From Octopus vulgaris (taxonomy: Eukaryota), in the NCBI GenBank assembly GCA_951406725.2, contig OX597842.1, forward strand, positions 27,404,001 through 27,468,000: DNA of 64,000 bases, given 5' to 3'. A model generated the notes under the pieces. The model was not told the DNA's origin. It made no database searches and saw only the letters and a program-made list of their open reading frames with translations. Shown here one piece after another: positions 1-14,409 of this stretch (positions are counted from its first letter, which is position 1; the number at the start of each line of letters is the position of its first letter). The position numbers were made by a program, and so were the translations under genes.

Positions 1-279
1 AGGTTCAAATTCTTTGGATTGCTTCTGAGGCACCATCTGAACCAGTGCCCCTCAACCAGTTTACTGCGGCACAATGGTGTGCCATGAGACGACGCTAGGT
101 GTCCCGTAGTGTAACCTCAATATAATTTTTTTCCCCTATACTATTAGTCATATTTCTAGTCCAGGTGTGCCACCGAATTTTGCAAAGAATATAAAACAAA
201 GGTTGTGGAGCATTGATCTAATCATTTGGGAATTATCTTTTAGCTTTTAATTGTTCTGTGGGAAGAATTCTGCTTTCAG

Positions 280-537
280 AAAACCACCTTTTATCAATTC
301 AAAATGAAAAATTAAATTACACCATCTAGAAAATTACATATAATAGAAAGATTAAATGTAAGATAAAACATATAACGATAATTAAGTAATGTGCAAAATA
401 ATAAATAAAACGTATATATTTTGCATATTACTTAATTAATGTTATATTTTTTATCGTATATTTAATCTTTCTATTATATGTAATTTTCTAGATGGTGTAA
501 TTTAATTTTTCATTTTGAATTGATAAAAGGTGTTTTT
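280..537. repeat. AT-rich foldback inverted repeat (~120 bp arms, 16 nt spacer), MITE-like
   Basis: 280-400 (aaaaccaccttttatcaattcaaaatg...gtgcaaaata) is the near-perfect reverse complement of 417-537 (tattttgca...gaattgataaaaggtgtttt). Confidence 0.85.
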
Positions 538-562
538 TTTTTCTAATTTGATTTAGTATTTC

Positions 563-1949
<1,387 letters not shown>

Positions 1950-1957
1950 ATCATCAT

Positions 1958-1999
<42 letters not shown>

Positions 2000-2319
2000 C
2001 TACACACATACATGTGTGTGTGTGTGTGTGTCTTTCTGTCTGTGATTGGATTGACCCAGCGCTTGACCATAGTCCCTGGTGTATTTGCATCTCCTTAGCT
2101 TAGCGGTTCGGCAAAAGGAGAACCTGGCTTTAAAAAAAGAAGTCTTCGGTTCAATTGCCTCGTCTGAAAGTTCTTTAATGTGGTGCCCCAGAATGGCCAC
2201 AGTCTAATGATTCTGCCAGCTCACCAAAAGAAAGAGAGAGAGAGTGGGGGAGAGGGAGAGAGTGAAAGAAAGCGAGAGAGGGAGAGAGAGAGAGAGAGAG
2301 AGAGGTGAATGGTTGTATT

Positions 2320-2536
2320 CTCTTTTACTCTTTTGTTTCAGTCATGTGACTGTGGCCATGCTGGAGCACCACCTTTAGTCGAGCAAATCGACCCCAGGAC
2401 TTATTCTTTGTAAGCCTAGTACTTACTCTATCAGTCTCTTTTGCCGAACCGCTTAGTTACGGGGACGTAAATACACCAGCATCGGTTGTCAAGTGATGTT
2501 GGGGAGACAAACACAGACACACAAACATACATACAT

Positions 2537-2593
<57 letters not shown>

Positions 2594-2758
2594 TACGACG
2601 GGCTACTTTCAGTTTCCGTCTACCAAATCCAGTCACAAGGCTTTGGTGGGCCCGAGACTATAATAGAAGACACTTGCCCAAGGTGCCAGCGAGTGGGACT
2701 GAACCCGGAACCATGTGGTTGGTAAGCAAGCTACTTACCACACAGCCACTCCTGCACC
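2320..2758 (-). mobile_element. tRNA-derived SINE, family A (representative copy; more than 15 further copies or fragments, e.g. 3141-3720, 6110-6520, 7772-8172, 10304-10718, 11060-11460, 11972-12364, 15332-15750, 16162-16970, 19137-19452, 47445-47823, 61235-61485)
   Basis: Head ggcgcaggagtggctgtgtggtaag...ggttccgggttcagtcccactgcg has Pol III A/B-box-like motifs, then an internal TA/CA microsatellite and a 3' tail gctccagcatggccgcagtcaaatgactgaaac(aagagt)n; repeated throughout the window. Confidence 0.9.
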
Positions 2759-3589
2759 TGTATTGTTCACAAATATTCACAAAATAGTAATACAACCATT
2801 CACCTGTATTGTTCACAAATCTGAAAAAGTTTGCTTAAAAGTTGTAGAAGTTGTTTTGATCATTATTTGCGTCAGTTGCCAAATAAGATTCCACAGGTCA
2901 GGGTCACCTATTTTGCATTAATGTTTTACGTTGTGGATGATATAGAGAAGAAGGCAAGCGTTTTAAAACCATGACAGACGAGTTTTTTTTCTTGTATAAA
3001 GATACTTTGTTTAACAACAATAAACAGAAAATGTGGGTCACAAAGACAAGAAGTACAACAGTAAAAAAAAACAACAAAGAAAAGTTACTTTTTACCGATT
3101 GCATCTGGAAAGCAAATAATCGAACATAGATATATATATAAGCGCAGGAGTTGCTGTGTGGTAAGTAGCTTGCTTACCAACCACATGGTTCCGGGTTCAG
3201 TCCCACTGCGTGGCACCTTGGGCAAGTGTCTTCTACTATAGCCTTGGGCCGACCAAAGCCTTGTGAGTGGATTTGGTAGACGGAAACTGAAAGAAACCCG
3301 TCGTATATATGTATATATATATAAGCGCAGGAGTTGCTGTGTGGTAAGTAGCTTGCTTACCAACCAGATGGTTCCGGGTTCAGTCCCACTGCGTGGCACC
3401 TTGGGCAAGTGTCTTCTACTATAGACTCGGGCCGACCAAAGCCTTGTGAGTGGATTTGGTAGACGGAAACTGAAAGAAACCCGTCGTATATATATGTATA
3501 CATATATATATGTGTGTGTGTGGGTGTCTGTGTTTGTCCCCCCCAACATCGCTTGACAACCGATGCTGGTGTGTTTACGTCCCCGTAAC

Positions 3590-5995
3590 TTAGCGGTTCG
3601 GCAAAAGAGACCGATAGAAAATGTACTAGGCTTACGAAGAATAAGTCCTGGTGTCGATTTGCTCAACTAAACAGGTGGTGCTCCAGCATGGCCACAGTCA
3701 AATGACTGAAACGAGTAAAAGAGTAAACTTAGCGGTTTGGCAAAAGAGACCGATAGAATAAGTACTAGGCTTACAAAGAATAAGTCCTGGGGTCGATTTG
3801 CTCAACTAAAAAGGTGGTGCTCCAGCATGGCCACAGTCAAATGACTGAAACGAGTAAAAGAGTAAACTTAGCGGTTCGGCAAAAGAGACTGATAGAATAA
3901 GTACTAGGCTTACAAAGAATAAGTCCTGGGGGGATCGATTTGCTTGACTAAAAAGGTGGTGCTCCAGCATGGCCACAGTCAAATGACTGAAACGAGTAAA
4001 AGAGTAAACTTAGCGGTTCGGCAAAAGAGACCGATAGAATAAGTACTAGGCTTACAAAGAATAAGTCCTGGGGGGATCGATTTGCTTGACTAAAAAGGTG
4101 GTGCTCCAGCATGGCCACAGTCAAATGACTGAAACGAGTAAAAGAGTAAACTTAGCGGTTCGGCAAAAGAGACCGATAGAATAAGTACTAGGCTTACAAA
4201 GAATAAGTCCTGGGGGGGATCGATTTGCTTGACTAAAAAGGTGGTGCTCCAGCATGGCCACAGTCAAATGACTGAAACGAGTAAAAGAGTAAACTTAGCG
4301 GTTCGGCAAAAGAGACCGATAGAATAAGTACTAGGCTTACAAAGAATAAGTCCTGGGGGGATCGATTTGCTTGACTAAAAAGGTGGTGCTCCAGCATGGC
4401 CACAGTCAAATGACTGAAACGAGTAAAAGAGTAAACTTAGCGGTTTGGCAAAAGAGACCGATAGAATAAGTACTAGGCTTACAAAGAATAAGTCCTGGGG
4501 TCGATTTGCTCAACTAAAAAGGTGGTGCTCCAGCATGGCCACAGTCAAATGACTGAAACGAGTAAAAGAGTAAACTTAGCGGTTCGGCAAAAGAGACTGA
4601 TAGAATAAGTACTAGGCTTACAAAGAATAAGTCCTGGGGGGATCGATTTGCTTGACTAAAAAGGTGGTGCTCCAGCATGGCCACAGTCAAATGACTGAAA
4701 CGAGTAAAAGAGTAAACTTAGCGGTTCGGCAAAAGAGACCGATAGAACAAGTACTAGGCTTACAAAGAATAAGTCCTGGGGTCGATTTGCTCGACTAAAA
4801 AAGTGGTGCTCCAGCATGGCCACAGTCAAATGACTGAAACGACTAAAAGAGTAAACTTAGCGGTTCGGCAAAAGAGACTGATAGAATAAGTACTAGGCTT
4901 ACAAAGAATAAGTCCTGGGGGGGGGATCGATTTGCTCGACTAAAGGTGGTGCTCCAGCATGGCCACAGTCAAATGACTGAAACGAGTAAAAGAGTAAACT
5001 TAGCGGTTCGGCAAAAGAGACTGATAGAATAAGTACTAGGCTTACAAAGAATAAGTCCTGGGGGGGGATCGATTTGCTCGACTAAAGGTGGTGCTCCAGC
5101 ATGGCCACAGTCAAATGACTGAAACGAGTAAAAGAGTAAACTTAGCGGTTCGGCAAAAGAGACCGATAGAATAAGTACTAGGCTTACAAAGAATAAGTCC
5201 TGGTGTCGATTTGCTTGACTAAAAAGGTGGTGCTCCAGCATGGCCACAGTCAAATGACTGAAACAAGTAAAAGAGTAAACTTAGCGGTTCGGCAAAAGAG
5301 ACTGATAGAATAAGTACTAGGCTTACAAAGAATAAGTCCTGGGGGGGGGTTCGATTTGCTTGACTAAAAAGGTGGTGCTCCAGCATGGCCACAGTCAAAT
5401 GACTGAAACAAGTAAAAGAGTAAACTTAGCGGTTCGGCAAAAGAGACCGATAGAATAAGTACTAGGCTTACAAAGAATAAGTCCTGGGGGGATCGATTTG
5501 CTTGACTAAAAAGGTGGTGCTCCAGCATGGCCACAGTCAAATGACTGAAACGAGTAAAAGAGTAAACTTAGCGGTTCGGCAAAAGAGACCGATAGAATAA
5601 GTACTAGGCTTACAAAGAATAAGTCCTGGGGGGATCGATTTGCTTGACTAAAAAGGTGGTGCTCCAGCATGGCCACAGTCAAATGACTGAAACGAGTAAA
5701 AGAGTAAACTTAGCGGTTCGGCAAAAGAGACTGATAGAATAAGTACTAGGCTTACAAAGAATAAGTCCTGGGGGATCGATTTGCTCGACTAAAAGTGGTG
5801 CTCCAGCATGGCCACAGTCAAATGACTGAAACGAGTAAAAGAGTAAACTTAGCGGTTCGGCAAAAGAGACCGATAGAATAAGTACTAGGCTTACAAAGAA
5901 TAAGTCCTGGGGGGGATCGATTTGCTCGACTAAAAAAGGTGGTGCTCCAGCATGGCCACAGTCAAATGACTGAAACAAGTAAAAGAGTAAAGAGT
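3590..5995 (+). repeat. Tandem array of 17 units (~139-145 bp) made from the 3' half of SINE family A
   Basis: Unit ttagcggttcggcaaaagaga...gactgaaacgagtaaaagagtaaac starts at about 3590, 3729, 3868, 4010 ... 5710, 5849; units vary mainly in a G-run and an A-run. Confidence 0.95.
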
Positions 5996-6329
5996 AAAAG
6001 AGAGGTGAGGGTCACCTATTTTGCATTAATGTTTTATGTTGTGGATGATATAAAGAAGAAGGCAAGCGTTTTAAAACCATGAGAGACGAGTTTTTTTTTT
6101 CTTGTATAACTCTTTTACCCTTTTACTCTTTTACTTGTTTCAGTCATTTTGACTGCGGCCATGCTGGAGCACCGCCTTTAATCGAGCAATTCGACCCCGG
6201 GACTTATTCTTTTGTAAGTCCAGTACTTATTCTATCGGTCTCTTTTGCCGAACTGCTAAGTGACGGGGACATAAACACACCAGCATCGGTTGTCAAGCAA
6301 TGCTAGGGGGGACAAACATAGACACACAA

Positions 6330-6364
<35 letters not shown>

Positions 6365-6682
6365 CGACGGGCTTCTTTCAGTTTCCGTCTACCAAATCCA
6401 CTCACAAGGCATTGGTCGGCCCGAGGCTATAGAAGACACTTGCCCAAGGTGTCACGCAGTGGGACTGAACCTGGAACCATGTGGTTGGTAAACAAGCTAC
6501 TTACCACACAGCCACTCCTGTGCCTTGTTTAACAACAATAAAAAGAAAAGCTGGGTGACAGAGAAAAAGTACAACAGTAAAAAAAAACAACAAAAAATAG
6601 TTACTATTTACAGATTGCATCTGGAAAGGAAATAATTGAACATATATATATATATATATATATATATAGGAGATAAATAAAA

Positions 6683-6715
<33 letters not shown>

Positions 6716-6772
6716 TATGCATACATACAAACATATATGTACGTACCTACATCTACATGTATATATACATGC

Positions 6773-6830
<58 letters not shown>

Positions 6831-7719
6831 GAGGGGGAAAGAATAGCTTTACATTAAGGTGTAGTGAAATCTGAAATTTCCTATGTGTCAGATTGAGAAT
6901 TTAACGTCCTTTTGTCATCCACTCAGACCAATGAAAATCAGGTAAAATTGTGTGATAGAATCCTGGTTCATTTTTATCAGAAAGCACCCACCCCCACCTT
7001 CCATATCTACTTAACTAAGGGAGGGTTGATAGCACAACTTTATATCTTGATGGAATGTTTGACTGAAATTTTTTAATCACAAAGAGCTTAAGATGTGTTT
7101 CCTCTTGATTACGAATACCTTATAAATCCCCTTTTTGTTTTGATATATCTCGGGCAAGTGTCTTCTATTTCCTCGGACTCACTAAGGCCTTGCGAATGGA
7201 TCTGGTAGATGGAAACTGAAAGGAAGCCCAGTGTACGTGTGTGTGTGTGTGTGCGTGTGCGTGTGTTTGCGTTTGTGTCCTATCACCGTTTGACAACAGG
7301 TGTTGGTGTGTTTATGTCCTGGTTTTGCGAAAAAGGCCGATAGAATAAGTATAAGGCTTAAAAAAAAAAGTCCTGGAATCGAATCGTTCGACTAAAACAC
7401 TTCAAGGCGGTGCCCCAGTATGGTCGCAGTCGAATGACTGAAACATGTAAAAGATATATGATACCCATGACATTTACGACAGACACACAGACTCGGTAGT
7501 TGTTATTATATTCATAACATCTTTGATGTTACAGTTTCTGCTAATGATGTTAGAAGGAATGGTTTGTTTGTTTTTTAATTAAAAAGACAAAGACAAAATG
7601 GTAATGAAAAGAAATAAAAATGAAGCAGAATGTTATATATTTGAAGCATAGTACTTATTCTATCGGTTTTTTCTGTTGAACTGCTATGTCAAGGTGACAT
7701 AAACACACCATTGTCAGAT

Positions 7720-8555
7720 ATCTTTTCGGTTTGAACGTTAGTTTTTTAAAATAATTTCTAGGTATATATAAAGTGGCTGTGTGGTAAGTAGCTTGCTAAC
7801 CAACCACATGGTTCCGGGTTCAGTCCCACTGCGTGGCATCTTGGGCAAGTGTCTTCTGCTATAGCCACGGGCCGACCAATGCCTTGTGAGTGGATTTGGG
7901 AGACAGAAACTGAAAGAAGCCCGTCGTATATATGTATATATGTATAAGTGTGTGTGTATATGTTTGTGTGTCTGTGTTTGTTCCCCTAGCATTGCTTGAC
8001 AACCGATGCTGGTGTGTTTACGTCCCCATTACTTAGCGTTTCGGCAAAAGATACTGATAGAATAAGTACTGGGCTTCCAAAGAATAAGTTCCGGGGTCGA
8101 TATGCTCGACTAAAGGCGGTGCTCCAGCATGGCCGCAGTCAAATGACTGAAACAAGTAAAAGAGTAAAAGAGTAGGTAACTAAACACTTTTAAACTTCGT
8201 ATACTGGTAGAATGTGTTTATAAAACATCTTTTTCTCTTGGCTTTATTGAGAAAATTCTATAGTTTGTAAGATATTTGTTGTTTTTTTTTCTTCAATTTC
8301 TGCAATTTCAACCAATCAATGACGTCTATTGAGATGAAAACATTCTGTGCCATATGAAAATGTCCCTCGTTTAAGAAACAGATTGGGTTTATTTACATTT
8401 GTGAAGACAAAAAAAGATACCCTTCCACCACCCCTAACTCACCCCTAACCCTAAAACAGATTGAAATGCAATAGATCGATACTAGGGTCATAATTATGGG
8501 TGACAATTTCATATGACACCGGTAGAAAAAACTGCCGTTCAAACGGAAAAGATCC
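7720..8555. mobile_element. MITE/non-autonomous DNA transposon with a nested SINE A (7772-8172)
   Basis: Terminal inverted repeats atcttttcggtttgaacg ... cgttcaaacggaaaagat; flanking ttgtca direct repeat; related copy at 49709-49971. Confidence 0.7.
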
Positions 8556-8695
8556 CAGTTGTCAAATACTGACACAAAGACACACAGACACACATAAGGC
8601 CCCCCCCACCCGGTCACTGATAAGAAGAAAGAATGAGGTATTGTTACTTTGCTGTTGATTTATATATATAGTATAAAGTATATATAATATGTAGA

Positions 8696-8990
8696 GGCGC
8701 AATGGCCCAGTAGTTAGGGCAGCGGTCGTAGGATCGCGGTTTCGATTCCCAGACCGGGCGTTGTGTGTGTTTATTGAGCGAAAACACCTAAAAGCTCCAC
8801 GAGGCTCCGGCAGGGGGTGGTGGCGACCCCTGCTCTACTCTTTCGCCACAACTTTCTCTCACTCTTTCTTCTGTTGGCCTGCTCGCTTAGCCAGCGGGGT
8901 GACGTCATTCGAAGGCTAAAACAATGCGAATGCATTGTGACCAGCGATGTGTAACTACATCTGATAGCCTGGTCGGTCACGTGATCACGT
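8696..8990 (+). mobile_element. tRNA-derived SINE, family C (other copies 20290-20649 -, 30731-31010 +, 32321-32620 +, 52598-52745 -, 34862-34945 -)
   Basis: tRNA-like head ggcgcaatggcccagtagttagggcagcg...gtttcgattcccagaccgggcg followed by a shared body tttattgagcgaaaacacctaaaagctccacgaggctccggcag. Confidence 0.8.
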
Positions 8991-9322
8991 GATATATAAT
9001 ATATATTTCTTTGCTACCCACAAGGGGCTAAACACAGACGGGACAAACAAGGACAGACAAACGGATTAAGTCGATTATATCGACCCCAGTGTGTAACTGG
9101 TACTTAATTTATCGACCCCGAAAGGATGAAAGGCAAAGTCGACCTCGGCGGAATTTGAACTCGGAACGTGACGACAGACAAAATACAGCTACGCATTTCG
9201 CCCACCTTTATGTCACAACAGCCTTTCCCTCCCTTCCTCTTATCTCTTACTATCCCCCCTATCACCATTCATAAATATTCCTCTTTCTGTTTAGTACGCC
9301 TACCTTTGTATTTAAAATTATG

Positions 9323-9409
9323 TCATTCAAGACAACATTCACATTCAAAACAGAAGTTTGCTGTGTCAAATTAGGATACTAAAAATATCCGGACTAAAGA
9401 AAGCAACAG
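9323..9409 (+). other. Putative 5' non-coding exon of gene A (start uncertain)
   Basis: Strong donor CAG|GTAAGA at 9409/9410. 9220-9530 is homologous to 49270-49540, which lies upstream of paralog B and has the same donor. Confidence 0.45.
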
Positions 9410-10915
9410 GTAAGAAAATTCAGCCTACCTCTACTTGTGTGCCTCACCCCGACTCGTTGGGATTTTCTGAAACCCCTTTTCTCACCCACAGAAAAATTCT
9501 TCCTCAACAAATTCTGATATAATCGGAGTTTGTACCATCTGAAGCGTATTTATAGAAAATTTCATTAAAAATATCCGTTTTTCTTGAAGTTATTAGGAAA
9601 ACAGGAATCCGAAGAAATTTGGGGGAGAGAAAAAAAACAGAAAAGGAAGGAGGAGGGTGCTTAGACCTGAACTCCACCCTTATGTATAGTTTGTTTGCGT
9701 TTGTATCCTATCACCGTTTGACAACAGGTGTTGGTGTGTTTATGTCCTGGTTTTGCGAAAAAGGCTGATAGAATAAATATAAGGCTTAAAAAAAAAGTCC
9801 TGGAATCGATTCGTTCGACTAAAACACTTCAAGGCGGTGCCCCAGTATGGTCGCAGTCAAATGACTGAAACATGTAAAAGATAAAGGATACCTATGACAT
9901 TTATGACAGACACACAGACTCGGCAATTGTAATTATATTCATAACATCTTTCATTAAAAATACCCATTTTTCTTGAAGTTATTAGGAAAACAGGAATCCG
10001 AAGAAATTTGGGGGAGAGAAAAAAAAAAAGAAAAGGAAGGAGAAGGGTGCTTAGACCTGAACTCCACCCTTATGTATATTTCGTTCTTTTTAACTCTTTT
10101 CTTTTTGTTTTTCCTGCTGAAATACAATAACAATTTGTGAATTTATGATTGGACTGGATCCCATTTATATAACCATTAGAAATCCCAGGTGAGAAACTCC
10201 CCAGACCAGGTTCAAATTGAAGCAATTACTCTGTATTCACACCTGGAAATAGGTAAATCAACGATGTTTGTAAATAATAGAAGTATTTAAAACATTCACC
10301 CATTCTTTACTATTTTACTTGTTTCAGTCATTTGACTGCGGCCATGCTGGAGCACCGCCTTTAATCGAGGAACTCGACCCCGGGACTTATTCTTTTGTAA
10401 GCCCAGTACTTATTCTATCGGTCGCTTTTTGCCGAACCGCTAAGTAACGGGGACGTAAACACACCAGCATCGGTTGTCAAGCAATGCTAGGGGAATAAAC
10501 ACAGACACACAAACACACACACGCATATATAATATATATATACATATATACAATGGGCTTCTTTCAGTTTCCGTCTACCAAATCCACTCACAAGGCTTTG
10601 GTCGGCCTGAGCCTGTAGTAGTAGAAGACGCTTACCCAAGATGCCACGCAGTGGGACTGAACCCAGAACCATGTGGTTGATAGACAAGCTACTTACCACA
10701 CAGCCACTCCTGCACCTATTCTGTAGGAATTTAAAATATATATAAAATATGTAACGTAATTACATTCCCAAAATATAGACGTATGCTCCACCGACTGATT
10801 TTATGACGAAAATTTCCAGAGATACAAATTAGGAAGAAATGATTTTGCTGAATTCCTCCAAAGATTGTAACTATGAAGGGTGGAATTGGAAATATTTTTT
10901 TTAGGATCATTCCTT

Positions 10916-10982
<67 letters not shown>

Positions 10983-11475
10983 TGCTTTAAAAATGAATAC
11001 TCCAACAAAATTTTCCAGATATACACGTAGAAAACATGTCGGGTGTAGAAAACATTTAGCTTACTCTATTACTCTTTTACTTGTTTCAGTCATTTGACTG
11101 CGGCCATGCTGGAGCACCGCCTTTAGTCGAGCAAATCGACCCCAGGATTTATTCTTTGTAAGCCTAGTATTTATTCTATTGGTATCTTTTGCCGAATCGC
11201 TAAGTTACGGGAACGTAAACACACCAGCATTGGTTGTCAAGCGATGTTGGTGGGGGACAAACACATATTCAAACACACACACATATATATATACATATAT
11301 ATGATGTGCTTCTTTCGGTTTCTGTCTTCCAAATCCACTCACAAGGCTTCGGTCGGCCCAAGGCTATAGTAGAAAACACTTGCCCAAGGTGCCATGCAGT
11401 GGGACTGAACCCGGAACCATGTCGTTTGTAAGCAAGCTACTTACCATACAGCCACTCCTGTATATATATATACAG

Positions 11476-11511
<36 letters not shown>

Positions 11512-11928
11512 TGTTTATCTTATATTAAACTTTTTATACTTTTTGATAGTTATATATATATTCAATAATAAAAAATAAATAAATAAATAAATAAAAATAA
11601 ATATAAATATATATATATATAAAAATTTATAAATATAAATTAATAATTTTAAATTTTTAACTTTAAATTTAAATAATTTAAATTTTGAATTTTATATTAA
11701 TTAATTTTATTTCTATGTTTTGGTTTATGTTTTACACTGTTTGATTTGCCTAATAGTGGTTTTATCTCTAATTTAATTTATATATATATATTTATTTATT
11801 TTTTTATATATAATTCATTTTTTAAATGTCTTGCTTTGAAAAACTGCATTGGGTATGATTAGTGAAATTTTGGTAGTAATGACTTATGTCCCTCTTAGTG
11901 TGAGGCATTTATGTGTAATAATGCCCTC

Positions 11929-11972
<44 letters not shown>

Positions 11973-12573
11973 TCTTTTACTCATTTACTTGTTTCAGTCA
12001 TTTGACTGCGGCCATGCTGGAGCACCGCCTTTAGTTGAGCAAATCGATCCCGGGACTTATGCTTTGTAAGCCCAGTACTTATTCTATCGGTCTCTTTTGC
12101 CGAACTGCTAAGTGACGGGGACGTAAACACACCAGCATTGGCTGTCAAGCAATGCTAGGGGAACAAACACAGACACACATACATATATATACATATACAT
12201 ATATACGACAGGCTTCTTCCAGTTTCCGTCTACCAAATCCACTCACAAGGCATTGGTCGGCCCGGGGCTATAGCAGAAGACACTTGCCCAAGATATCACG
12301 CAGTGGGACTGAACCCGGAACCATGTGGTTGGTTAGCAAGCTACTTACCATACAGCCACTCCTACAGTAGTATATATATACTACAGTAGTATATATAAAC
12401 AACATGATGTCTACCATCAATAGTCAGCGAAGAGCTGAAGAGGCCTGGGCCATTGAGAAGATCAAACTCAATCCCAAAGTGTTCTTTTCATTTGCAAAAA
12501 ACACAGAGTCACTGGTTCTACTGTTGGCCCTCTGATTGATGAAAATGGTACTCTTCAAGACAATGCCAAAACC

Positions 12574-14274
12574 ATGGGAGAGATATTGCAGAAACAATAT
12601 TGCTCTGTTTTCAGCAATCCTGATATGACTGATCTGGGCTGTATCAGTGATGTTACTCCCCAATACACTTTATCGGACATAACCTTTGGCGCTCCTGATG
12701 TCTTAGCAGTAATAAAGGAAATGAAGCATAATTCAGCAGTAGGTCCCAATAGGTTCCCTGCTTGTGTCTTGAAGATGTGTCAAAACCAACTTGCACCCCC
12801 TCTAGCCAATCTGTGGTGGAACTCACTGAATGCTGGATATATACCAGAAGACCTTCTATCCCAGTCTGTTATCCCAGTTTTCAAACAAGGAAACAAATCG
12901 CTTGCCGTGAATTACCGTCCAATCTCACTCACCTCTCATATCATTAAGGTATTTGAGAGAGTGCTGAGATCACGTATGACTCACTTCCTTGAGAGTCATA
13001 ATATGCTGAACTCCATCCAGCATGGATTCCGTAATGGGAGAGATTGCCTGACGCAGCTACTGCATCATTTTGATGACATTTTGAGAGCCTTGGGAGAGGG
13101 TTCCAACACTGATGTCATCTACCTTGATTTCAGCAAGGCCTTTGACAGGGTTGATCATAAGATCCTTCTGAGAAAGCTGTCCAATATTGGTGTCACTGGA
13201 AAGCTGCTGCAGTGGATCAAGTGCTTCCTGCCTAACAGAACCCAACATGTTGTAGTCGAAGGAGTCAAATCCAGCCCAGCCAAAGTCAGCAGTGGTGTCC
13301 CACAAGGCACTGTGTTGGGCCCACTTCTCTTCATCATCTACATAAATGATATTACTGACACCATCAAACACAGTAACATCAGAACCTTCGCTGATGATTC
13401 CAAGCTCCAGAAGGTCATCAATGGCGTGGATGACCGAATAAACCTTCAGTCAGACCTACTGGCTGTTGTCCAATGGGCGGAAAAGAATAACATGTTACTA
13501 AATGAAGACAAATTCGAACTGATCCACTTTGGAAGGGAGGATGCTCTGAAACTCCCATACTCTCTTCCTTCTGGAGAAATTCTCATGGCATCCAACAACA
13601 TCAGAGACTTGGGAGTAACAGTGGACAACAACATAAGCTGGGCTACACATATAAGCAGCAAAGTTGACATGGCCCGCAGAATGTGTTCCTGGATTCTCAG
13701 AACCTTCCAGTCGAGAGATTCCCACACTATTATCCTTCTCTTCTCCATTTTTGCCCGACCCCACCTTGAATACTGCTGTCCACTGTGGTCTCCCTACACA
13801 AAACAAAATATTATGAGAATTGAAGCTCCCCAAAGGTCAATCACAAAAAAGATAGATGGCATGTCAGACCTTGACTACTGGGGTAGACTAGAGAAGCTGA
13901 AATTGTATTCACTCCAACGACGCCGTGAACGCTACATTATCTGTATGATGTGGAAAATATTCCATCAGCACTGTCCGAATGATGTTGGCATCACCTTCAA
14001 AATACATCCAAGGCTTGGACCACGTGCCATCTGTCCAGAACAAAAATCTAAATCGCATCACATAACGACAATACGGCACAACTATTTCACCTCAATTGGA
14101 CCCGCTCTCTTCAACATTACACCAGGACACGTCAAAAAAGAAACTGACCACACAAAATTCAAGAAGTCTTTGGACAAATTCCTTCAAACAGTCTCGGACA
14201 AACCACCCACACCCGGATATGTCTCCGCAAACAATAACTCTCTGCTCGAATGGGCCTTGGTGCCCAAATCCTGA
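12574..14274 (+). CDS. Reverse transcriptase of a 5'-truncated CR1/Jockey-group LINE (element ~12400-14366)
   Basis: Motifs NYRPISLTS, QHGFR, YLDFSKAFDRVDH, SGVPQGTVLGPLLFIIYIND and FADD. The upstream part is frameshifted and truncated with no endonuclease domain; the 3' tail (ctaagtt..)n abuts (TA)n. Confidence 0.93.
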   Translation: MGEILQKQYCSVFSNPDMTDLGCISDVTPQYTLSDITFGAPDVLAVIKEMKHNSAVGPNRFPACVLKMCQNQLAPPLANLWWNSLNAGYIPEDLLSQSVIPVFKQGNKSLAVNYRPISLTSHIIKVFERVLRSRMTHFLESHNMLNSIQHGFRNGRDCLTQLLHHFDDILRALGEGSNTDVIYLDFSKAFDRVDHKILLRKLSNIGVTGKLLQWIKCFLPNRTQHVVVEGVKSSPAKVSSGVPQGTVLGPLLFIIYINDITDTIKHSNIRTFADDSKLQKVINGVDDRINLQSDLLAVVQWAEKNNMLLNEDKFELIHFGREDALKLPYSLPSGEILMASNNIRDLGVTVDNNISWATHISSKVDMARRMCSWILRTFQSRDSHTIILLFSIFARPHLEYCCPLWSPYTKQNIMRIEAPQRSITKKIDGMSDLDYWGRLEKLKLYSLQRRRERYIICMMWKIFHQHCPNDVGITFKIHPRLGPRAICPEQKSKSHHITTIRHNYFTSIGPALFNITPGHVKKETDHTKFKKSLDKFLQTVSDKPPTPGYVSANNNSLLEWALVPKS

Positions 14275-14363
14275 ATTGAAAGATTTCGCCAGGTGGTGCT
14301 ATTAAGTTAGACATGGCCTGGGCCAATACTGGCCAAAACCTTTCTAAGTTATTCTAAGTTAAG

Positions 14364-14409
<46 letters not shown>

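Noticed and set aside
3590-5995. CRISPR-like regular array
   Set aside because: Units are contiguous SINE-derived repeats with no unique spacers; the context is eukaryotic and there are no cas genes.
8696-8770. tRNA genes at SINE heads
   Set aside because: Degenerate cloverleaf that continues directly into the SINE body; these are SINE promoters.
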